From a virus (lineage: Duplodnaviria; Caudoviricetes): a DNA stretch of 39,503 nucleotides. A model generated the notes under the pieces. The model searched no databases. It was given only the letters and a program-made list of their open reading frames with translations, and was not told the DNA's origin. This document shows positions 37,061 through 39,503 of this stretch, piece by piece (within the stretch, counting starts at the first letter, position 1; the number at the start of each line of letters is the position of its first letter). The stretch covers positions 1-39,503 of IMG/VR virus record IMGVR_UViG_3300008450_000121. One strand, written 5' to 3'. The position numbers were made by a program, and so were the translations under genes.

Positions 37061-37245
37061 TTGAGCTTCTCAAGCTGCGTGACCACCTCATCCGCGTCAA
37101 ACGGAATTGATCCAAGATGTTTAAACATATCTATGGCGTCAGCAACGGCAGCCCGGTATCCAGCCCTCCAAACCTCCTCTGACCAGCCCTCGTCGTCTTC
37201 GACCGCGCTCTTGCCGAGGAAGTTTTGCATCTTGTCTTTGTTCAT
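37057..37245 (-). CDS. Hypothetical phage protein
   Basis: 4-nt start/stop overlaps on both sides. Confidence 0.65.
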   Translation of the reverse strand: MNKDKMQNFLGKSAVEDDEGWSEEVWRAGYRAAVADAIDMFKHLGSIPFDADEVVTQLEKLK

Positions 37246-37460
37246 GCATCTCTCGCTTTCAGCATGGCATCGGCTACCTCATAAGAACATTTTGCCGCCA
37301 ATTTGTAAATGTCAGCGCTCCATATTTCCTCATGCATGTAGGACTGCATTGCCTTTCCCGCGAAGTAATCGCGCAGGGTCATGCCGCTGTTGAGTGCATG
37401 ACCCCATTCGTTTTTTGTGCCATCTGGAAACGCTGGCCCACCTGTGTTTGTATTGCTCAT
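37242..37460 (-). CDS. Conserved small phage protein (GGPAFP...GMTLRDYFA family)
   Basis: Recognisable motif; SD AAGGAG. Confidence 0.8.
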   Translation of the reverse strand: MSNTNTGGPAFPDGTKNEWGHALNSGMTLRDYFAGKAMQSYMHEEIWSADIYKLAAKCSYEVADAMLKARDA

Positions 37461-37473
37461 GTCTTCTCCTTGT

Positions 37474-37665
37474 TTAAATCTCGTGCTTGTTTAGGAACGG
37501 CTTGATGTGTGGCTTGGCTCGGCTGTATATGCCAAACGCTTTGTAATCCGTGCTGACTGTTACGCCCTTGGCTCTGAACGCAAGGTCTTGAAGAAAGATG
37601 CTTGGGCGGGGGTTGTGCTTCCAGTGGAACGGTACATCGGGGTGGCATTTACATTTCATTCCCAT
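37474..37665 (-). CDS. Hypothetical phage protein
   Basis: Overlaps the upstream stop (start at 37665 or 37659); CKCHP motif. Confidence 0.55.
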   Translation of the reverse strand: MGMKCKCHPDVPFHWKHNPRPSIFLQDLAFRAKGVTVSTDYKAFGIYSRAKPHIKPFLNKHEI

Positions 37666-37994
37666 TTTCCTTTTTCTTTCCAGTAGGGTTCAAACGACTT
37701 CTCTTTGCGGATACGGTTCTCGCCAGCAAGGCGCGAGAAAGCAGCCAGCAATACCTCCTGTCCATAGCCGGGGTGCTCCCGATTGAACCAGTTGATTACT
37801 CTTATTGCTTCCGGTTCACTGGCGTTGCGTCCTTCTTTGTACAGTAAGAACAGCAAACGCAAGATAACCCAGTCTCGTTCGTCGAGACCTACCGTTTCAA
37901 CCCCCTCATGCAACATACGTTCGCGCATCTTGCTTGCGTACTCACTGCGTTTTTTCTGCGCTTCCAGCAGCTTTTTCAACACATTATCTTTCAT
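37656..37994 (-). CDS. Hypothetical phage protein
   Basis: ATGA coupled, 112 aa, helical. Confidence 0.65.
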   Translation of the reverse strand: MKDNVLKKLLEAQKKRSEYASKMRERMLHEGVETVGLDERDWVILRLLFLLYKEGRNASEPEAIRVINWFNREHPGYGQEVLLAAFSRLAGENRIRKEKSFEPYWKEKGKWE

Positions 37995-38179
37995 TTTTTC
38001 ATGTTCCTCACGTATGCCGCAAAGGATGCGGCGGTATCGCCAAGCGATTGCATCTTGTCGAACTCTCTGGCAACTTCTTCCAGTGTATGGTTTCGGGTAA
38101 CCTGATGGAATGTTTTCTCAAAGGCTCTTTGTTTTGCAAGATCAACGTAGTCTTGAATGTCGTCATCGTCTTCAGTCAT
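37991..38179 (-). CDS. Hypothetical phage protein (MTEDDDDIQDY...)
   Basis: AAGGAGAAGAC-ATG junction gives a start at 38179. Confidence 0.7.
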   Translation of the reverse strand: MTEDDDDIQDYVDLAKQRAFEKTFHQVTRNHTLEEVAREFDKMQSLGDTAASFAAYVRNMKK

Positions 38180-38280
38180 GTCTTCTCCTTGAGTGTTGTC
38201 CAGATCACGTTGCCGCATCTGGCGCACTTGTACAGGGGTTTGTCTTCGACAGGCTCCCAGCGGTGTTTACAGTTGGTCAT
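38176..38280 (-). CDS. 34-aa zinc-finger-like microprotein (not in ORF track)
   Basis: MTNCKHRWEPVEDKPLYKCARCGNVIWTTLKEKT; C-x-H...CxxC; ATGA-coupled at both ends. Confidence 0.65.
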   Translation of the reverse strand: MTNCKHRWEPVEDKPLYKCARCGNVIWTTLKEKT

Positions 38281-38471
38281 GTCTTCTGCTCCTTTTGCGG
38301 GTAGTAGTACGTTGTGTACGGCAAGTCAGTGCGCCAGTCTGATGCCATGCCGCCAAGATCAAACAAACAAAACCGTGCTCGGTCATGGTGCGCAGGCCAT
38401 ACAAACCAAGGGTAGTTACGCGCACCGAGGTACTGTCTCAAGTACTCACGCGATTGCTGGAGTCGGTTCAT
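38277..38471 (-). CDS. Hypothetical phage protein
   Basis: GGAGCAGAAGAC-ATG start at 38471; ends in KEQKT. Confidence 0.6.
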   Translation of the reverse strand: MNRLQQSREYLRQYLGARNYPWFVWPAHHDRARFCLFDLGGMASDWRTDLPYTTYYYPQKEQKT

Positions 38472-38503
38472 GTCTTCTGCTCCCAACGGTGTTTACAGGT
38501 CAT
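38468..38503 (-). pseudogene. 11-codon minigene MTCKHRWEQKT, truncated paralogue of 38176..38280
   Basis: Has its own SD (AAGGAG) and ATGA coupling at both ends; the N-terminus matches MTNCKHRWE. Confidence 0.6.
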
Positions 38504-38670
38504 GTGTTGCTCCTTGCTCGAATCAAATCAGCAGCTTGGTACGGTTCAGCCGTTTCTGCAATCTGAGCACACGCCTCACGCTCGTCAGCACGGACAAGCT
38601 CGGCAAAGTGCTCAATATCACCATGCAGTGTCAGCCCATTGGCCTCAATCAATTCAAATACGGTCTTCAT
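38500..38670 (-). CDS. 56-aa phage protein (EREACA...IRAR family; not in ORF track)
   Basis: MKTVFELIEANGLTLHGDIEHFAELVRADEREACAQIAETAEPYQAADLIRARSNT; SD AAGGAG. Confidence 0.72.
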   Translation of the reverse strand: MKTVFELIEANGLTLHGDIEHFAELVRADEREACAQIAETAEPYQAADLIRARSNT

Positions 38671-39377
38671 GTGTTCTCCTTGACTGCATAGTCGTGGAAT
38701 ATTGTTCCCTTGCTTGCGTCACCCACCTTGCAGGACTTGACCCAGACGTTCTTTCCCGTCTTGAGCCTTCTCAGGTGGCCTCTACGGTCGTGCAGACGGG
38801 GTGATGCGTGTGTGCCCCCTTTGGACTCTTGGCGGGGTTTGGATGGCTCAATCCACACCGTTGTCCAGTCGTAGGTTGGCAGTTTGCCTTGTTGTACCTT
38901 ACGGCGGTTGGTGAAGGTGTCACGCACTGTTGGGATGTGCGCCTCAATACGTCTATCCATCGCACCGTACCAAGCGCCAATTTGAGCTAGCATCAGTTCT
39001 GCAAGCTCCTTGTCCACTGGCTCGTCATCGCTGACAGACCCATATCTAATGTCATCATCCTGAATGAAGTAAAACATGGCAGGGATCGGCATCAGTCGAG
39101 TCCCGGTTGGCCCCTTCCACATTGACACCGTGATGCCTTCAACTGGATCATCTCCGGCCACCATCATCAAGACGGTGTAGCTGGGGTGATGGCTTGTCTT
39201 TCCTTGCCAAACAACAAAGCATTTGTCAAAAGGTGGTCGGTGCGTCATCACGGGGTTAAGGTCTGCCCGTTGCTTGTCCGTGAATGCACCAGACAGGTCA
39301 AACCATTTGATGTCCACAATGTCTACACCAGCATCGGCCATCAACTTCATAGAATCACGAACCAGTTGTGTAGTCAT
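38667..39377 (-). CDS. Conserved phage protein with C-terminal SPRxHxRRGHxR motif
   Basis: SD GAGGAG; HASPRLHDRRGHLRRL...WVKSCKVG; function unknown. Confidence 0.75.
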   Translation of the reverse strand: MTTQLVRDSMKLMADAGVDIVDIKWFDLSGAFTDKQRADLNPVMTHRPPFDKCFVVWQGKTSHHPSYTVLMMVAGDDPVEGITVSMWKGPTGTRLMPIPAMFYFIQDDDIRYGSVSDDEPVDKELAELMLAQIGAWYGAMDRRIEAHIPTVRDTFTNRRKVQQGKLPTYDWTTVWIEPSKPRQESKGGTHASPRLHDRRGHLRRLKTGKNVWVKSCKVGDASKGTIFHDYAVKENT

Positions 39378-39496
39378 TGCGGCCTCTCCTCATCGTCAAA
39401 TGCCATGTCTGGGTGCGGCACGTTGTCATGCACCACCACACCATCAACGGCCTCGATGTACCGCCCACAGATAACGCAGTAATAGCCGTCATCCAT
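39374..39496 (-). CDS. 40-aa Cys/His microprotein (not in ORF track)
   Basis: MDDGYYCVICGRYIEAVDGVVVHDNVPHPDMAFDDEERPQ; ATGA coupled to the next gene; upstream context is cut off by the window edge. Confidence 0.55.
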   Translation of the reverse strand: MDDGYYCVICGRYIEAVDGVVVHDNVPHPDMAFDDEERPQ

Positions 39497-39503
39497 TGTT
39501 CTT

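Larger units (their letters stand above)
3776..37126. repeat. Dispersed palindrome GTTTAAAC, at least 14 exact copies
   Basis: Starts at 3776, 4520, 5360, 13463, 22108, 26457, 27380, 29387, 29476, 33026, 34543, 35104, 35381 and 37119. Confidence 0.9.
37457..38681 (-). repeat. Repeated gene-junction motif (A)AGGAG(C)A(G/A)..ACATGA
   Basis: Six copies starting (+ strand TCATGT...) at 37457, 38176, 38277, 38468, 38500 and 38667. Confidence 0.8.

Noticed and set aside
37457-37648. Alternative - strand ORF ending in KEKT
   Set aside because: It overlaps 37474..37665, which has a coupled start. It was kept only as a hint of a relic frameshift.
36562-39482. + strand ORFs in the right-hand region (e.g. 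36956..37393, 37934..38566)
   Set aside because: The - strand is tiled by coupled genes with SD sequences; the + ORFs show no protein-like features
1-39503. CRISPR array, tRNA/rRNA, integrase, transposase, reverse transcriptase/DGR
   Set aside because: No regularly spaced repeats, cloverleaf or recognisable catalytic motifs were seen. The fibre repeats differ mainly at synonymous positions of any base, not specifically at adenines, and there is no RT.

Overview
A gene-dense segment of a tailed dsDNA phage (Caudoviricetes) with podovirus-like organisation; a freshwater/proteobacterial host is an inference only. The + strand (107-36659) is one late operon. It carries head-associated proteins, a GT-A glycosyltransferase-like gene, a cluster of small Lys/Gly-rich proteins, two adaptor-like proteins, tail proteins with a 1359-aa repetitive fibre, a lysis cassette (T4-T-like membrane protein, 3-TM holin, GH24 endolysin), a nozzle-like protein, three putative ejection proteins and a 2973-aa polyvalent protein (HExxH peptidase, ART-like domains, LPD38-like end). 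The - strand (36640-39496) is a convergent run of small early/middle genes. Terminase, portal and major capsid genes are not in the window. The strongest unexplained signals are: (1) the palindrome GTTTAAAC occurs at least 14 times where <1 is expected; (2) a shared hydrophobic-x-x-G-G motif links the small basic proteins to the ejection proteins, suggesting a di-glycine maturation or packaging signal; (3) a pseudoknotted leader RNA lies over the first RBS; (4) [RK][YL]SL linkers delimit the polyvalent domains; (5) a repeated RBS/ATGA junction in the early genes comes with a visible recombination scar. All family assignments come from motif recognition by eye, not from database searches.
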